DNA of 64,000 bases from Candidatus Tokpelaia sp. JSC188 (GCA_003331065.1 QENB01000008.1:20483-84482); one strand, 5' to 3'; numbered from the stretch's first letter, positions 32,025 through 43,464 are shown. Notes: generated by a model not told the origin, from the letters alone. Numbers and translations: made by a program.

Positions 32025-32565
32025 GGATCCTCCAGCAGAATTAAAATTAATCGAGGAATTTAAAATACCTACATTCTTACAAGAAGTTCTATTTTTTCAA
32101 AAAAAATAAACTATGACCTGACTTCATATTAACTATTATAACTATAATTAACATTCGAATTATCAAATAAAATAACTCTTCGTACCAATTTTTAATAATC
32201 GATTATAACTATGATGTATTACGGGTTATCGTCAGTATCGGTTTCATGTAACACATAACATCTGTCAACGTCACCGGCTAATATTTCTGGTGCGAGTTGG
32301 TATTGATTAGCTAAAACTAAGAAAGCATAGGAGTGATAGATTGTTAACGCTTTTACTCTTTTTTCTTTTACATCACCGTATTTTATTTTGGCTTTTGAAA
32401 AGCAATTAATAGATTTGGTTCGACAAAACGTGTACTGTTTATTTCTGAATTGTATTTGCGTGATACAGCAGCAATCTGCTGGTTCCTATTTTTATAAAAA
32501 CAAAAGGAAGAAACGTCTTTGACAAATAAGGCGAAAAACGCTTTATCCTCTTTATGCATACAAAA

Positions 32566-33573
32566 CTATGCAATCACGCGTAGTTTTTTTGCAGCCTCAA
32601 CTGCAAAATAAGTTAAAATACCGCAACAACCGGCTCTTTTAAAGGCCAAGAGTGTCTCTATCATTGCTTGTTCGCCATTGATCCACCCTTTAATGCTTGC
32701 AGCCCTAAGCATGGCATACTCACCTGATACCTGATATGTAAAAATCGGTACAGAAAATCTATCTTTTAGGCGTTGAATAATGTCAAGACAAGGCAAACCG
32801 GGTTTAACCATTAGCATATCAGCACCTTCTAATAGATCTTGTTCAGCTTCGCGCATAGCTTCATCAGCATTAGCTGGATCAATATAATAGGTATTCTTGT
32901 CTTCATTTAAAACATTGGTCGTGCCAATGGCATTGCGGTAAGGATTATAAAAGAAGGAGGAAAATTTTGTTGCATAAGATATAATCGCTACATCTTGGAA
33001 TCCGTTGGTATCCAGCCTGTTACGTATGGCCCCTATACGCCCATCCATCATATCTGAAGGAGCAATTATATCAGCTCCAGCCTTTGCTTGTGCCAGAGCA
33101 CCTTCCGCTACCATTTCAACTGATTCATCATTGAGAATTACGCCATCGCGCAAAATCCCATCATGGCCGTGGGTGGTATAAGGATCTAAGGCTGCATCTG
33201 CAATCAACCCAATATTGGGGGCAAGTTTTTTCAACTTACGGATAAAACGATTAACTAGGTTATCGGGGTTAGTTATATACGCGCCGTTCTCCATTTTAAC
33301 GGAAGAAGGTTCACGGGAAAATGGAGCAATTGCCGGAATTCCAAGATCAACAGCATACAAAACCTTCTCAAGAGCTACATCCACTGAAAAACACTCCACC
33401 CCAGGCATTGTTTCTACCGGTTCACATATGCCTATGCCTTCACATAAAAATATCGTCCAAACGAGATCATCTATATTAAGGTGGTTTTCACGGATAAGAC
33501 GCCGTGACCAATCAAATCTGCGCATACGACGCATACGACGTCCGCCAGTAATTTCATCTACTGTCTTATTCAT
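32566..33573 (-). CDS. hemB: Porphobilinogen synthase (delta-aminolevulinate dehydratase)
   Basis: Active-site region LMVKPGLPCLDI and DAALDPYTTHGHDGI (Asp-rich, non-Cys metal site), 335 aa. Confidence 0.93.
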   Translation of the reverse strand: MNKTVDEITGGRRMRRMRRFDWSRRLIRENHLNIDDLVWTIFLCEGIGICEPVETMPGVECFSVDVALEKVLYAVDLGIPAIAPFSREPSSVKMENGAYITNPDNLVNRFIRKLKKLAPNIGLIADAALDPYTTHGHDGILRDGVILNDESVEMVAEGALAQAKAGADIIAPSDMMDGRIGAIRNRLDTNGFQDVAIISYATKFSSFFYNPYRNAIGTTNVLNEDKNTYYIDPANADEAMREAEQDLLEGADMLMVKPGLPCLDIIQRLKDRFSVPIFTYQVSGEYAMLRAASIKGWINGEQAMIETLLAFKRAGCCGILTYFAVEAAKKLRVIA

Positions 33574-33730
33574 TTTTTTATATCTCGCTTTTCAATTATT
33601 TTATTTCTAGTATTATCTAGTCTTATTAGTCTTGTATGCGTTGTGCAAAAGGTAAGTTATTATATCAAACAATCGTTAAGCGGTTGCCTTATGGCAGATA
33701 TAAGAAAATGCAAGCAGACTGTTATCGTAC

Positions 33731-34306
33731 ATGATAGCATGTAAAAAATCCAATTGCTATGGAAGCAGAGGAAGGTATATGCACAAATCGATTTTAGCAA
33801 AAATCATAGCATATTTTTCTCATAAGAGATCCTTTGAAGAGGCATTTTTTTATATGAAAGAAAAAGCTACTGTTGTGATTGAAGAAAGTCTTCCAAAAAT
33901 CGACAGAAATATATTAAACAAAGTTTTTCTTATTTTGATATCTGTTCTTGCGATTTTTTGCCTGTTTATGGGAGCATTTTATTGGGTACGCCTGATTGGT
34001 GTATTTCCCGGTCCTTTATGGCGTTTTGATCTTATGCCATGGAATTGGCGTATATTGTGCTCATCGCTTTCTGTGCTTTACCCTATGGCTTCTAACGGTA
34101 TCTGGATGGGATCACGTTGGGGTATCACCCTATGGTTTTGCGCTTCTTCTACGGAGACAGTGTGTATGACACTTTATTCAAATTATTTTAGCTGGAATCT
34201 CTGGATTTCGCTTCTACATATTTCTTGTTTTGTTTGCTATGGCTTTTTCAGCATGATGTTATTTTTCAAGAAATCAGAGCGTGTTCAGGTCGCTATAGAA
34301 TATTAA
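33731..34306 (+). CDS. Hypothetical small integral membrane protein; the real start may be the internal ATG near 33854
   Basis: Four predicted hydrophobic helices with a Trp-rich motif (YWVRLIGVFPGPLWRFDLMPWNWR). It resembles a conserved Rhizobiales DUF membrane protein, but I cannot name the family with certainty. Confidence 0.5.
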   Translation: MIACKKSNCYGSRGRYMHKSILAKIIAYFSHKRSFEEAFFYMKEKATVVIEESLPKIDRNILNKVFLILISVLAIFCLFMGAFYWVRLIGVFPGPLWRFDLMPWNWRILCSSLSVLYPMASNGIWMGSRWGITLWFCASSTETVCMTLYSNYFSWNLWISLLHISCFVCYGFFSMMLFFKKSERVQVAIEY

Positions 34307-34377
34307 GCTCTATATTTATACTTCTTATGTTTAATTTCATTGAAAACTGCATGTTTTTAAAAAATCTGGAGTTTTAG

Positions 34378-35646
34378 ATGGGTTTTAAAAAAGTAAAGAA
34401 AGAAAATGTGTTCAGCCGAAGAGTTTTCCTGAAAGCATTTTTTAGCATTGGTCTTATCAGTGCGTTAGGTAACCGTACTGTAGCCAATTCGTCAATTGAT
34501 CTAAGTTCTACTGCAGCTAGACTTAGCAAATGGGATGACCAATTTGATGTTCAGGTATCAAACGGTATTCAAGTTTCCTCCAATTACCCTATACTTGGAC
34601 AGACCTCTATCCACTATACTAAAACAGCGATCGCTCGCTACAATGATATTGTAGCAGAAGGCGATTGGCCTATAGTCCCAATAGCACAAGGGAGATTGCA
34701 GATTGGGATGGAGGATCCCATAGTTTCTATTCTGCGTCAACGTTTGTTCATTGCAGGTGATCTCGCCTATGAAGCAGGTATGTCACAGGCATTTGATACT
34801 TATGTGGACGCAGCTTTGCGGCGATTTCAGTCGCGACATGGTTTGCCGTTAGATGGCGTTTTAGGGGATGTGACATATCGTGCGCTTAATGTCAGTGCAC
34901 AGATACGATTGAACCAACTTTGTATTAATCTAGAGCGATTGAATAAAATCGCGTCTATAACGGCAAAAGAACACCGCTTTGTTATGGTGAATATTCCTGC
35001 TGCGCAGATTGAGGTTGTGGAAAATGGGGTAGTTGTGCAGCGTCATGTGGCTATTGTCGGAAAAATTGATCGTCAAACACCGATTCTCAACTCAAAAATC
35101 CATGAAATTATACTTAATCCGTTCTGGGTTATCCCAAAATCCATTATCCTCAAGGACATTATTCCACTGATGCGGAAAAAACCAAGCTACCTAACCGAGA
35201 ATAATATTCATTTATTTGATAAAAAGGGACAAAAAATCTTTCCTCAATCGGTTAATTGGAATACGAATGAGGCAGTTAATCTCACGTTTCGGCAAGATCC
35301 AGGCAAGATTAATGCCATGTCATCAACGAAGATCAATTTTTATAATACACATTCGGTTTATATGCATGATACGCCATTGCAGGAACCTTTCAATAATTGG
35401 ATGCGTTTTGATTCATCAGGCTGCATCCGTGTGCAAAATATTCGTGATCTTAATTTATGGATTTTAAAAAATACGCCAGGCTGGGATAGAATAACGATGG
35501 AAGCTGTTATCCGATCTCGTAAAAATAAGCCAATACAGGTTAAAGACCCGGTCCCTTTGCATTTTGTTTACATCTCTGCATGGTCAACCAATGAGGGAAT
35601 TATACACTTTCGCGATGATATCTACCATATGGATGACTCCCTGTAA
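34378..35646 (+). CDS. Murein L,D-transpeptidase (YcbB-like: PG-binding domain + YkuD catalytic domain)
   Basis: Signal peptide, PG_binding_1 motif LRRFQSRHGLPLDGVLGDVTYRALN, and catalytic HDTP...SSGCIRV. Confidence 0.85.
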   Translation: MGFKKVKKENVFSRRVFLKAFFSIGLISALGNRTVANSSIDLSSTAARLSKWDDQFDVQVSNGIQVSSNYPILGQTSIHYTKTAIARYNDIVAEGDWPIVPIAQGRLQIGMEDPIVSILRQRLFIAGDLAYEAGMSQAFDTYVDAALRRFQSRHGLPLDGVLGDVTYRALNVSAQIRLNQLCINLERLNKIASITAKEHRFVMVNIPAAQIEVVENGVVVQRHVAIVGKIDRQTPILNSKIHEIILNPFWVIPKSIILKDIIPLMRKKPSYLTENNIHLFDKKGQKIFPQSVNWNTNEAVNLTFRQDPGKINAMSSTKINFYNTHSVYMHDTPLQEPFNNWMRFDSSGCIRVQNIRDLNLWILKNTPGWDRITMEAVIRSRKNKPIQVKDPVPLHFVYISAWSTNEGIIHFRDDIYHMDDSL

Positions 35647-35871
35647 GAGGACCTAGGTCTTTTAGCTTAACGTATTGATTAGTAAGAGATTTATCGCAGA
35701 TAAGTGCATAATGATTTCTCTTTTCTGATCTAGACGCTTTAAAAAAGATAATGTAGTAGTCTGCTGTGAATACTAATGCTTATTAGCTTAGTGCATTATA
35801 GCATGCAAATTTGAAGATTTATTTTTATTTCAATTCTATGGAATTTAATTCATGCAATAAAGGAGCTGATA

Positions 35872-36978
35872 TTGATTACAATTATTGCTAATGAGAACAT
35901 TAAAGACTTGAGAACTGAACGCATCTTCAGTAGACGACTTGTGAGCAATTGGCTTTACATTATTTTCCTGTTTCTTGTTGCTATTGTGCTAGTTGGTGGG
36001 GTAACTCGCATGACAGGGTCGGGACTCTCCATTACAGAATGGAAACCTATCCATGGCATTATCCCCCCAATAGGAGAAATTCAATGGAGGGAAGAATTTG
36101 AGAAATATCAGCATATTGCACAATATCAGCAGGCTAATTATGGGATGAAACTTGCAGAATTCAAGCATATTTTTTGGTGGGAATGGGCACATCGTTTGCT
36201 AGCACGCACAGTTAGTTTCGTTATTTTGTTGCCTTTAATTTTTTTTTGGGCAACTGGTCGACTCGAGAAATACATCAAATGGCGCCTGTTAGCTATTCTA
36301 GCTCTAGGTGCTGTACAAGGCATTATAGGCTGGTGGATGGTTGCTTCCGGTCTTGGGGATAGCCGATTAACCAGTGTCAGCCAATATCGACTAGCCATTC
36401 ACCTTATCATGGCATGTATTATTATTATCACAGTTCTAGCTTTGGCGCGAGGATTGGTGGAACATACAGAAAAACCAGCACAGCGCAGCATTCAGCGTTT
36501 TGCTGGTTGGCTTGTTATACTTATTCTCTTTCAGATTTATCTTGGTGCTCTGGTAGCTGGATTGCATATTAACACAGCTTACGATATCTTATCTCTGATG
36601 AATGATCGTTTGATTTTTGAAAAACTGTTGTATATGCGACCAGTATGGGTCAATTTTTTTGAAAATGCCATGACGGTGCAGCTTGCTCACCGATTTTTTG
36701 CCTATATTCTTATTTCTCTTTCAGCATTACATGCATTAAATGTTAGAAGAATCATGTTTAAAAGCATACATTCACGACGTAGCATGTTATTATTTGCATT
36801 GGTTCTCCTTCAAGCTTTTATCGGTATCGTAACACTTTTTATGAAAGTGCCAATTATCTTGGGACTTATGCACCAAGGAGTTGCGCTCACAGTTCTTTCA
36901 TTTGCCGTTGCTCACTGGATTGGGACAAAAGGGGGTATTTTCCCTCACGGCCGCTCATATGCTGCTTGTCATACTTGA
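35872..36978 (+). CDS. ctaA: Heme A synthase (COX15/CtaA)
   Basis: [21 protein letters not shown] motif, multiple TM helices and conserved His residues. TTG start. Confidence 0.88.
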   Translation: MITIIANENIKDLRTERIFSRRLVSNWLYIIFLFLVAIVLVGGVTRMTGSGLSITEWKPIHGIIPPIGEIQWREEFEKYQHIAQYQQANYGMKLAEFKHIFWWEWAHRLLARTVSFVILLPLIFFWATGRLEKYIKWRLLAILALGAVQGIIGWWMVASGLGDSRLTSVSQYRLAIHLIMACIIIITVLALARGLVEHTEKPAQRSIQRFAGWLVILILFQIYLGALVAGLHINTAYDILSLMNDRLIFEKLLYMRPVWVNFFENAMTVQLAHRFFAYILISLSALHALNVRRIMFKSIHSRRSMLLFALVLLQAFIGIVTLFMKVPIILGLMHQGVALTVLSFAVAHWIGTKGGIFPHGRSYAACHT

Positions 36979-37001
36979 TTTATTTTTAGTGAGTAGAAAA
37001 T

Positions 37002-37928
37002 TTAATCTTTGAGCATCAGGTCAAGATTTTGAGCTGCGGCGCCTGATGCTCCTTTACCTAGATTATCTAATACAGCAACAAAATTTACAATCTTTGCACC
37101 ATTACTACCGGTAATATAGATTTTTATCCGGTCACTTTGAACAAGTTCCTCTGCATCAATATATTTAGTATCTAAAATTTCTTTATATGGGGCGACCTCT
37201 ATCATATTATAATCTTGATAATGCATGTGAAAAATTTCATAAATTGCTGATAAATCTATATTTTTTTCCAGAAGACGCAAATGCAGTGGAATGCATACTA
37301 CCATTCCTCGTGCGAAACGCCCAATCCCAGGTGTAAAAACAGGCGGTTGGGATAACTGGCCATGAATCATAATTTCTGGTACATGCTTATGTTCTAGTGT
37401 CAAAGCATAGAGAAAGTGATTGGCGTGAATTGCATTGGGACGGGATGGATTTTCCATCTGGGCAATAAGTTGCTTCCCACCACCTGTGTAACCAGAAACC
37501 GCACTGATAGATATAGGATAATCTGCAGTCAGCAGCCCTGCTTCACGTAAGGGGCGAATAATGGCAATTGCACCTGTTGGGTAACAGCCCGGGTTACTGA
37601 CATATTGTGCATCTCTGATTTTCTGTTTCTGATTACGAGTCATTTCTGCAAAGCCATAAACCCATCCAGGAGCAATACGATGAGCTGTCGAAGTATCAAT
37701 AATTCGAGTCGCATATCCTTCTAGCAACTGTACGGACTTTCGTGCTGCATCATCTGGAAGACAAAGAATTGCAATATCGGCCATACGTAGACAATCTGTC
37801 CGGAAATCGATATTTCGGTGTTCAGTCTCCGGAATGGATAAAATGTCAAGATCATTGCGCATTTCAAGACGTTTTCGGATCTTTAAACCCGTTGTTCCGT
37901 GTTCTCCATCAATAAAGATCTTTACCAT
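37002..37928 (-). CDS. argC: N-acetyl-gamma-glutamyl-phosphate reductase (short type)
   Basis: MVKIFIDGEHGTTGL N-terminus and catalytic Cys in SNPGCYPTG, 308 aa. Confidence 0.92.
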   Translation of the reverse strand: MVKIFIDGEHGTTGLKIRKRLEMRNDLDILSIPETEHRNIDFRTDCLRMADIAILCLPDDAARKSVQLLEGYATRIIDTSTAHRIAPGWVYGFAEMTRNQKQKIRDAQYVSNPGCYPTGAIAIIRPLREAGLLTADYPISISAVSGYTGGGKQLIAQMENPSRPNAIHANHFLYALTLEHKHVPEIMIHGQLSQPPVFTPGIGRFARGMVVCIPLHLRLLEKNIDLSAIYEIFHMHYQDYNMIEVAPYKEILDTKYIDAEELVQSDRIKIYITGSNGAKIVNFVAVLDNLGKGASGAAAQNLDLMLKD

Positions 37929-38231
37929 AGGCTTCTCTATATATTTCGGATGATTTTGCTTACCACTAATGATTAATAGAATAAAATAAAAGGCAATAAC
38001 AACCGGAATTACAGCGAACTTTTAAAGTATCCTTGCAGAAATTATTGCTATTCGATATGCTATACATAAGAGCGGTAGATATGTGAATTAAACGAAAGCG
38101 CAATGGATAAGAATCATTTAGGATAAGACATTTTTATGCTACACGTGCTTGTTTGTTGTATCCTCAGAGTATTTCCACGGCAGTATTTGGGATGAGCTAG
38201 TACTTATAAAGCAAAGGATAAGGAATTGACC

Positions 38232-39539
38232 ATGGCGCAAGGGTCGACTGTGTTCATTGAGAATTTTTTTAACAATAGTTTGGGCTCTGTTGATCCCGAT
38301 GTTTTTAATGTTATTCGTGGAGAGTTTGATCGTCAGTATCATGAAATAGAATTGATTGCCTCTGAAAATATTGTTTCGCGTGCTGTTATGGAAGCTCAAG
38401 GTTCTCTGTTGACCAATAAGTATGCTGAGGGTTATCCTGGAAAACGCTATTATGGTGGATGTCAATTTGTTGATATAGTTGAGGAACTAGCAATCGAGCG
38501 CGCTACTAGATTGTTTGATTGTGCTTTTGCCAATGTTCAGCCTAATTCTGGAAGTCAGATGAACCAAGCTGTGTTTCTGGCACTCTTAACACCAGGTGAT
38601 ACTTTCATGGGACTTTCTCTTAATTCAGGTGGTCATCTGAGCCATGGTTCACTTGTTAATATGTCTGGCAGATGGTTTAATGTTGTCCCATACAGTGTGC
38701 GTAGTGAAGATCAGCTTCTTGATATGGATGAAGTTGCGAGTATTGCCTACCGGCACAGACCAAAACTTATTCTAGCTGGAGGAACAGCTTATTCCCGTAT
38801 TTGGGATTGGAAACGGTTCCGCGAGATTGCTGATGAGGTCGATGCCTATTTGATGGTCGATATGGCACATATTGCTGGTCTAGTAGCTGCTGGTGTTCAT
38901 CCATCGCCTTTACCTTTTGCCCATGTTGTTACCACAACAACACATAAATCGTTGCGGGGACCACGTGGCGGGATGGTTTTGACTAACGACGAAGGCATAG
39001 CTAGAAAGGTAGATTCTGCCGTATTTCCTGGTTTACAAGGCGGTCCACTAATGCATGTAATTGCCGCAAAGGCTGTTGCTTTTGGTGAGGCTTTACAGCC
39101 CGAATTCAAGATCTACGCAGCTAAAGTGGTATCCAATGCTCGCACTTTAGCCAATTCTTTGCGGAAAAGTGGTTTTGATATTGTGTCTGGCGGTACGGAT
39201 AATCACCTAATGCTAGTTGATCTTCGTTCCAAAAATGTAACAGGCAACCGTGCTGAAAATGCTCTCGGGCGTTCTGGTATTATCTGTAACAAAAACAGTA
39301 TCCCATTTGATTCTGAGAAACCATTTATGCCATCTGGCATAAGATTGGGCACGCCTGCAGGAACGACACGCGGATTTGGAGAGCTCGAATTCAAAGAAAT
39401 TGCTTTGCTGATTTCTGAGGTATTAAATGGCTTGAAAACTGCAAATTCGGATGAAAGTAATGCGACTATTGAGCAAGATGTTCGCAGAAGAGTCACGGCC
39501 CTTACTAACAAATTCCCATTATATCCTTGTCTAAGGTAA
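38232..39539 (+). CDS. glyA: Serine hydroxymethyltransferase
   Basis: [13 protein letters not shown] and the PLP-lysine motif [14 protein letters not shown]. The ATG at 38232 has AAGGA upstream, and the track TTG at 38226 is an alternative. Confidence 0.95.
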   Translation: MAQGSTVFIENFFNNSLGSVDPDVFNVIRGEFDRQYHEIELIASENIVSRAVMEAQGSLLTNKYAEGYPGKRYYGGCQFVDIVEELAIERATRLFDCAFANVQPNSGSQMNQAVFLALLTPGDTFMGLSLNSGGHLSHGSLVNMSGRWFNVVPYSVRSEDQLLDMDEVASIAYRHRPKLILAGGTAYSRIWDWKRFREIADEVDAYLMVDMAHIAGLVAAGVHPSPLPFAHVVTTTTHKSLRGPRGGMVLTNDEGIARKVDSAVFPGLQGGPLMHVIAAKAVAFGEALQPEFKIYAAKVVSNARTLANSLRKSGFDIVSGGTDNHLMLVDLRSKNVTGNRAENALGRSGIICNKNSIPFDSEKPFMPSGIRLGTPAGTTRGFGELEFKEIALLISEVLNGLKTANSDESNATIEQDVRRRVTALTNKFPLYPCLR

Positions 39540-39652
39540 AATGACGAAGAATTTATTAATCAGCAAATATCAAATTAAATATGGTTTTGTTATTAAATAG
39601 AGAAATCTGATCTTGAAATATCAGGCTTCCTTCCTTTGAGCATAGTGCGTTT

Positions 39653-39932
39653 ATGCGTTCAGTAGATACGAAAATAGAAGTTGTAGTGTGTAACCAGCTA
39701 TATTACAGTAGTGAATTGCATTTGAGTAATGCGCCATATTTAGTTTTGCAAGCTAGGATTAAAATATGGGAGTAGGACAATAACTGAAAGAATTAGCTCA
39801 TGGGATCTGGTTATAGAATTGTTCAAGAACATCGATGATATTTCCTATAGTCTTGCTTTTGTTTATCGCCATTGTCGTAATAAGATTATTGATGACGGGT
39901 TTAGGCTTCTGTATCTACATCTGGAAACATAG
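39653..39932 (+). pseudogene. nrdR: nrdR (transcriptional repressor of ribonucleotide reductase genes) remnant
   Basis: This is the position where nrdR normally sits, between glyA and ribD. The frame ending at TAG 39930-39932 reads ISSWDLVIELFKNIDDISYSLAFVYRHCRNKIIDD, which resembles the NrdR ATP-cone C-terminus (..IGELVM..LK.LDDVAYVRFASVYRNF..). Upstream, MRSVDTKIE (39653-) may be the zinc-ribbon start with CPxCG deleted. In-frame stops are present, and the span is about 280 nt against about 450-480 nt when intact. Confidence 0.7.
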
Positions 39933-39935
39933 CTG

Positions 39936-41051
39936 ATGCTCGTTGCACAAGATTGCCGAAATGATGATGATCGCTTTATGGCTGCTGCTATTCGGTTTGC
40001 AAGATGCAATCTTGGTCGAACAGCAGAAAATCCTTCTGTTGGTACCTTGATCGTGCGTAATGATGATGATCGAGCTTATATTGTCGGGCGTGGTGTGACA
40101 GAATTTAATGGTAGACCGCATGCTGAAGCCCAAGCATTAGCTGAAGCGGGTCTATCTGCCTATGGTAGCACTGCATATGTTACACTTGAACCTTGCTCGC
40201 ACTTTGGACAAGCTCCCCCTTGTGTTGATGCGTTGATTGCTGCAGGTGTCAAGCGTGTTGTTATTGCTGCGAGTGATCCGGACCTTCGTGTGAACGGCAG
40301 TGGTATGAAACGCCTCAGACAGGCTGGTATTAAGGTCACAGAGCATGTTTTAACTGACATGGCAAAAAGTGGATTAAGTGCCTATTTTTGTCGAAAACGA
40401 TTGCAACGACCCGAGATAACATTAAAGCTTGCTATTTCTATGGATGGATATATAGGCAAAAAAAATGAAGGGAATATTGCAATCAGTGGAGTCATTTCGC
40501 AGGCCCAAACGCATATTCTTCGAGCAGAAAGTGATGCTATTCTAGTCGGAATCGGCACGGTCATGGTAGATGATCCGATGCTAGATTGCCGTTTACCTGG
40601 GATGGAGGATCGTTCGCCTATCCGTATCATTCTTGACAGCAAACTTTGTCTACCTCTTAACTGTAATTTGGTTAAGACGGCCAGAAAATATCCAGTATGG
40701 ATTGTTTGTGATAAAGCAGCCTGTCTTCATCATATGAAAGCTCTAGAATCAGCAGGTTGCTGTATCATTCCTTGTAAAACAAAAAGAAGAATGATCGATT
40801 TGCAAGATTTTCTTATTCAATTAGCAGAAACGCAAATTAACTCTATTTTAGTTGAAGGTGGTGCAGAAATCGCTATCTCATTCTGGGAGAACAGCCTTGT
40901 TGATCGGCTTATTCTATTTCAAAGCCCACTAGTCCTTGGTACGGGAGGTTATCAAGCACCAAATTTCCGAGAACGCATACTGAAATATAAGAAGACAATC
41001 ATCCAGAAATTTGGAGAAGATTACTGTGTACAGTGGGAAAGAGTTACGTGA
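39936..41051 (+). CDS. ribD: Bifunctional riboflavin biosynthesis deaminase/reductase RibD
   Basis: CMP/dCMP deaminase zinc motifs HAEAQAL and PCSHFGQAPPC, with a C-terminal reductase domain. Confidence 0.93.
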   Translation: MLVAQDCRNDDDRFMAAAIRFARCNLGRTAENPSVGTLIVRNDDDRAYIVGRGVTEFNGRPHAEAQALAEAGLSAYGSTAYVTLEPCSHFGQAPPCVDALIAAGVKRVVIAASDPDLRVNGSGMKRLRQAGIKVTEHVLTDMAKSGLSAYFCRKRLQRPEITLKLAISMDGYIGKKNEGNIAISGVISQAQTHILRAESDAILVGIGTVMVDDPMLDCRLPGMEDRSPIRIILDSKLCLPLNCNLVKTARKYPVWIVCDKAACLHHMKALESAGCCIIPCKTKRRMIDLQDFLIQLAETQINSILVEGGAEIAISFWENSLVDRLILFQSPLVLGTGGYQAPNFRERILKYKKTIIQKFGEDYCVQWERVT

Positions 41052-41668
41052 TGTTTACGGGTCTTGTTACATCTGTTGGCACAATTGAGAGTTGCAAAAA
41101 ATTGGAAGGAGGAGTGCAATTACGTGTTTTTTCAGATTGTGATAACAAGACCCTTAGAATTGGTGCCTCTATTTCCTGTTCTGGTATATGCTTGACCATT
41201 GTAGATTTGCCTACAGAACATGAAAATGCGTTCTGGTTTACAGTTGAAGCTTGGGAAGAGACTCTGCAATTGACTACATTGTCATCTTGGGATGTAGGGA
41301 CTCATATCAATCTCGAACGTTCCATGAAACTTGGCGATGAAATAGGTGGACATTTTGTTTTTGGTCATGTTGATGGCATTGCAAAAATTTTATCTATCCG
41401 AAATGAAGGAGCTGCTCGTCGTTTTGAGATTAAGGTGCCCATACATCTAACTCCGTTTATCACCTCAAAGGGTTCAATATGCCTTGATGGTACTTCGCTG
41501 ACAGTTAATCATATTGATAAGAACATTTTTAATGTATTATTGGTTCGTCACACGCTGGATATAACAACTTGGGATGAGCGCAAGGATGGAGATAATGTCA
41601 ATATTGAGATTGATCAGTTTTCCCGTTGTCTTAGCCGTTTTTCTGAATTTGCAAAAAACAGTGGTTAA
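41051..41668 (+). CDS. ribE: Riboflavin synthase (alpha chain)
   Basis: MFTGLVTSVGTI N-terminus and a duplicated lumazine-binding fold. The ATG overlaps the ribD TGA by 1 nt. Confidence 0.92.
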   Translation: MFTGLVTSVGTIESCKKLEGGVQLRVFSDCDNKTLRIGASISCSGICLTIVDLPTEHENAFWFTVEAWEETLQLTTLSSWDVGTHINLERSMKLGDEIGGHFVFGHVDGIAKILSIRNEGAARRFEIKVPIHLTPFITSKGSICLDGTSLTVNHIDKNIFNVLLVRHTLDITTWDERKDGDNVNIEIDQFSRCLSRFSEFAKNSG

Positions 41669-41757
41669 ATTAGTAATAAGATAAAAATTACTGGATAATT
41701 TGTTATTTATGATTTGCATTTACTTTTATTTTTCTAGCTTTATCACCGGAGTTTTTA

Positions 41758-42204
41758 ATGAATAAAAAGTCGTCGAAAGATTTGCATTTACTAATTGTTA
41801 AAACCCGATTTTATGGTGAACTTTCCAAAGCTTTGCTTGAAGGAGCAGAGGTCGCATTGCAGAATGCTGAAGCGAATTATGAAATTATGAATGTGCCTGG
41901 TGCGCTTGAAATACCGACGGTGATCGCTTTTGCACAAGAAAGCAAGATTCGTTTTGATGGGTATATTGCTCTTGGATGTGTTATTCGTGGTGAAACACAC
42001 CATTTTGATATTGTTGCTAATGAATCATGTCGTGCTTTGAACTACTTGAGTATGCATTACAAACTTGCCATTGGTAATGGTATTCTAACTGTTGAAAATG
42101 AGGAACAAGCTTGGGAACGAGCTCATATAGCAAAAAAGGACAAGGGAGGGTTTGCTGCAAAGACAGCTCTTGAAATGATTTCAATAAAGAAAAGCTTAGA
42201 GTAA
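41758..42204 (+). CDS. ribH: 6,7-dimethyl-8-ribityllumazine synthase
   Basis: 148 aa with VPGALEIP and HFDIVANE motifs, upstream of nusB. Confidence 0.9.
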   Translation: MNKKSSKDLHLLIVKTRFYGELSKALLEGAEVALQNAEANYEIMNVPGALEIPTVIAFAQESKIRFDGYIALGCVIRGETHHFDIVANESCRALNYLSMHYKLAIGNGILTVENEEQAWERAHIAKKDKGGFAAKTALEMISIKKSLE

Positions 42205-42208
42205 ACTG

Positions 42209-42706
42209 GTGACATTAGCTAAAAATACAATACGCACGTCTCGCTGGCAGGCCAATAAGCGTAGTGTTGCGCGATTATCTGCTGTGCAGGCGTTATACCA
42301 GATGGATATTGCCGGAACTGGAGTCGTGGAAACTGTTACGGAGTACGAAATTTTTCGGCTTGGCAAGGACATTGATGGAGATCAATATCTGCCAGTGGAT
42401 CCTCAGTGGTTCCGTGCTATCATTGCTGGTGTTGTCGCAGAGCAGAAAACTTTAGATCCGATGATTCGTCAAATACTACCTGACACATGGCCATTATCTC
42501 GTTTGGATTCGACGTTGCGGGCAATCTTGAGAGCTGGAGTTTGGGAATTAAAAAAACGTCGGGATATCCCAACTCCAGTCATTGTATCAGAATATGTTGA
42601 TATTGCTAAAGCTTTTTTTGAGGAAGATGAGCCAAAGCTTGTCAACGCTCTTCTAGACCGACTAGCTAAAAATTTAAGGCCAGTATATAATAAACCTCAG
42701 ATGTAG
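42209..42706 (+). CDS. nusB: Transcription antitermination factor NusB
   Basis: [14 protein letters not shown] motif and the canonical ribH-nusB pairing. GTG start. Confidence 0.9.
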   Translation: MTLAKNTIRTSRWQANKRSVARLSAVQALYQMDIAGTGVVETVTEYEIFRLGKDIDGDQYLPVDPQWFRAIIAGVVAEQKTLDPMIRQILPDTWPLSRLDSTLRAILRAGVWELKKRRDIPTPVIVSEYVDIAKAFFEEDEPKLVNALLDRLAKNLRPVYNKPQM

Positions 42707-42719
42707 AAATTCCTAACAA

Positions 42720-43250
42720 TCATCGCGATATTGTTGGCAAACCTGTCGCAGGAACTGCTTTTATTCCCCTAATCAGCTGGTTTAAGAACGGCTGCTCTCT
42801 TCCTTCGATTGCTGTAGTTTTTGAAGAAAAATCAAAAAGCTTTCCATCCTGCAAACCGTAATTAGCTATTTTCTTCACCTGTCCCTTACTATTAAAATAT
42901 ATAGTTAGAACACGCCGATCGATTACTTTGGATTTCATAAATTTTGCTCCTCGGTATCGCCTCTGCGAGATATAATAAAATACTTCATCGCCCAACATTG
43001 CAATTGTGGAAGTCATGGAAGGAGAACCAAGGGTTAATAAAACTTGATCTCGGCTGGATCCAATCACAATTGCTTCGAGAGCGCTTGAATCAACCACATA
43101 TCCTTCAGTATAAATTTCGCTTGTATGCAGGAGATTATTTATTTTACAGGCGGAAGTTACTATTGCAATTGCCAAAAGAACACCAATCTTTATGGTACCT
43201 ACTCTGTATTTTTTTCTGCTGGTCTTATAAGACAAAGATACCTCTATCAA
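42720..43250 (-). CDS. bamE: Outer membrane protein assembly factor BamE (SmpA/OmlA lipoprotein)
   Basis: Lipobox-like AIVTSAC, SmpA/OmlA-like core GSSRDQVLLTLGSPS, 176 aa. Confidence 0.7.
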   Translation of the reverse strand: MIEVSLSYKTSRKKYRVGTIKIGVLLAIAIVTSACKINNLLHTSEIYTEGYVVDSSALEAIVIGSSRDQVLLTLGSPSMTSTIAMLGDEVFYYISQRRYRGAKFMKSKVIDRRVLTIYFNSKGQVKKIANYGLQDGKLFDFSSKTTAIEGREQPFLNQLIRGIKAVPATGLPTISR

Positions 43251-43464
43251 TGGTGTGCCGTCGGAAGAATCCTATGGCAAATTTAGTAAACTAAGTTGAT
43301 CTTTATTGCAAGAATATGCTGCTGAGGAAGCAGTTATGAAAAAAAGGTTGCTTAACAGTGATGTGATCCTACTTAGTCAGATCTAAAATTATAGAAAAAC
43401 ATCAAAGTGAAAGAATGAAATAAGCAATGATAACAGATAGTTTTTGTCATAATGAGATTCTTTA

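Noticed and set aside
41669-41757. Possible FMN riboswitch upstream of ribH. I also checked upstream of ribD, and checked for a ZTP riboswitch upstream of glyA (37929-38231).
   Set aside because: No conserved FMN-element core (GGGGCGAAATTCCCCACCGG-like) or ZTP core (CCGCCTGGGC) is visible, and the spacers are short and AT-rich. A covariance-model scan would be needed for certainty.
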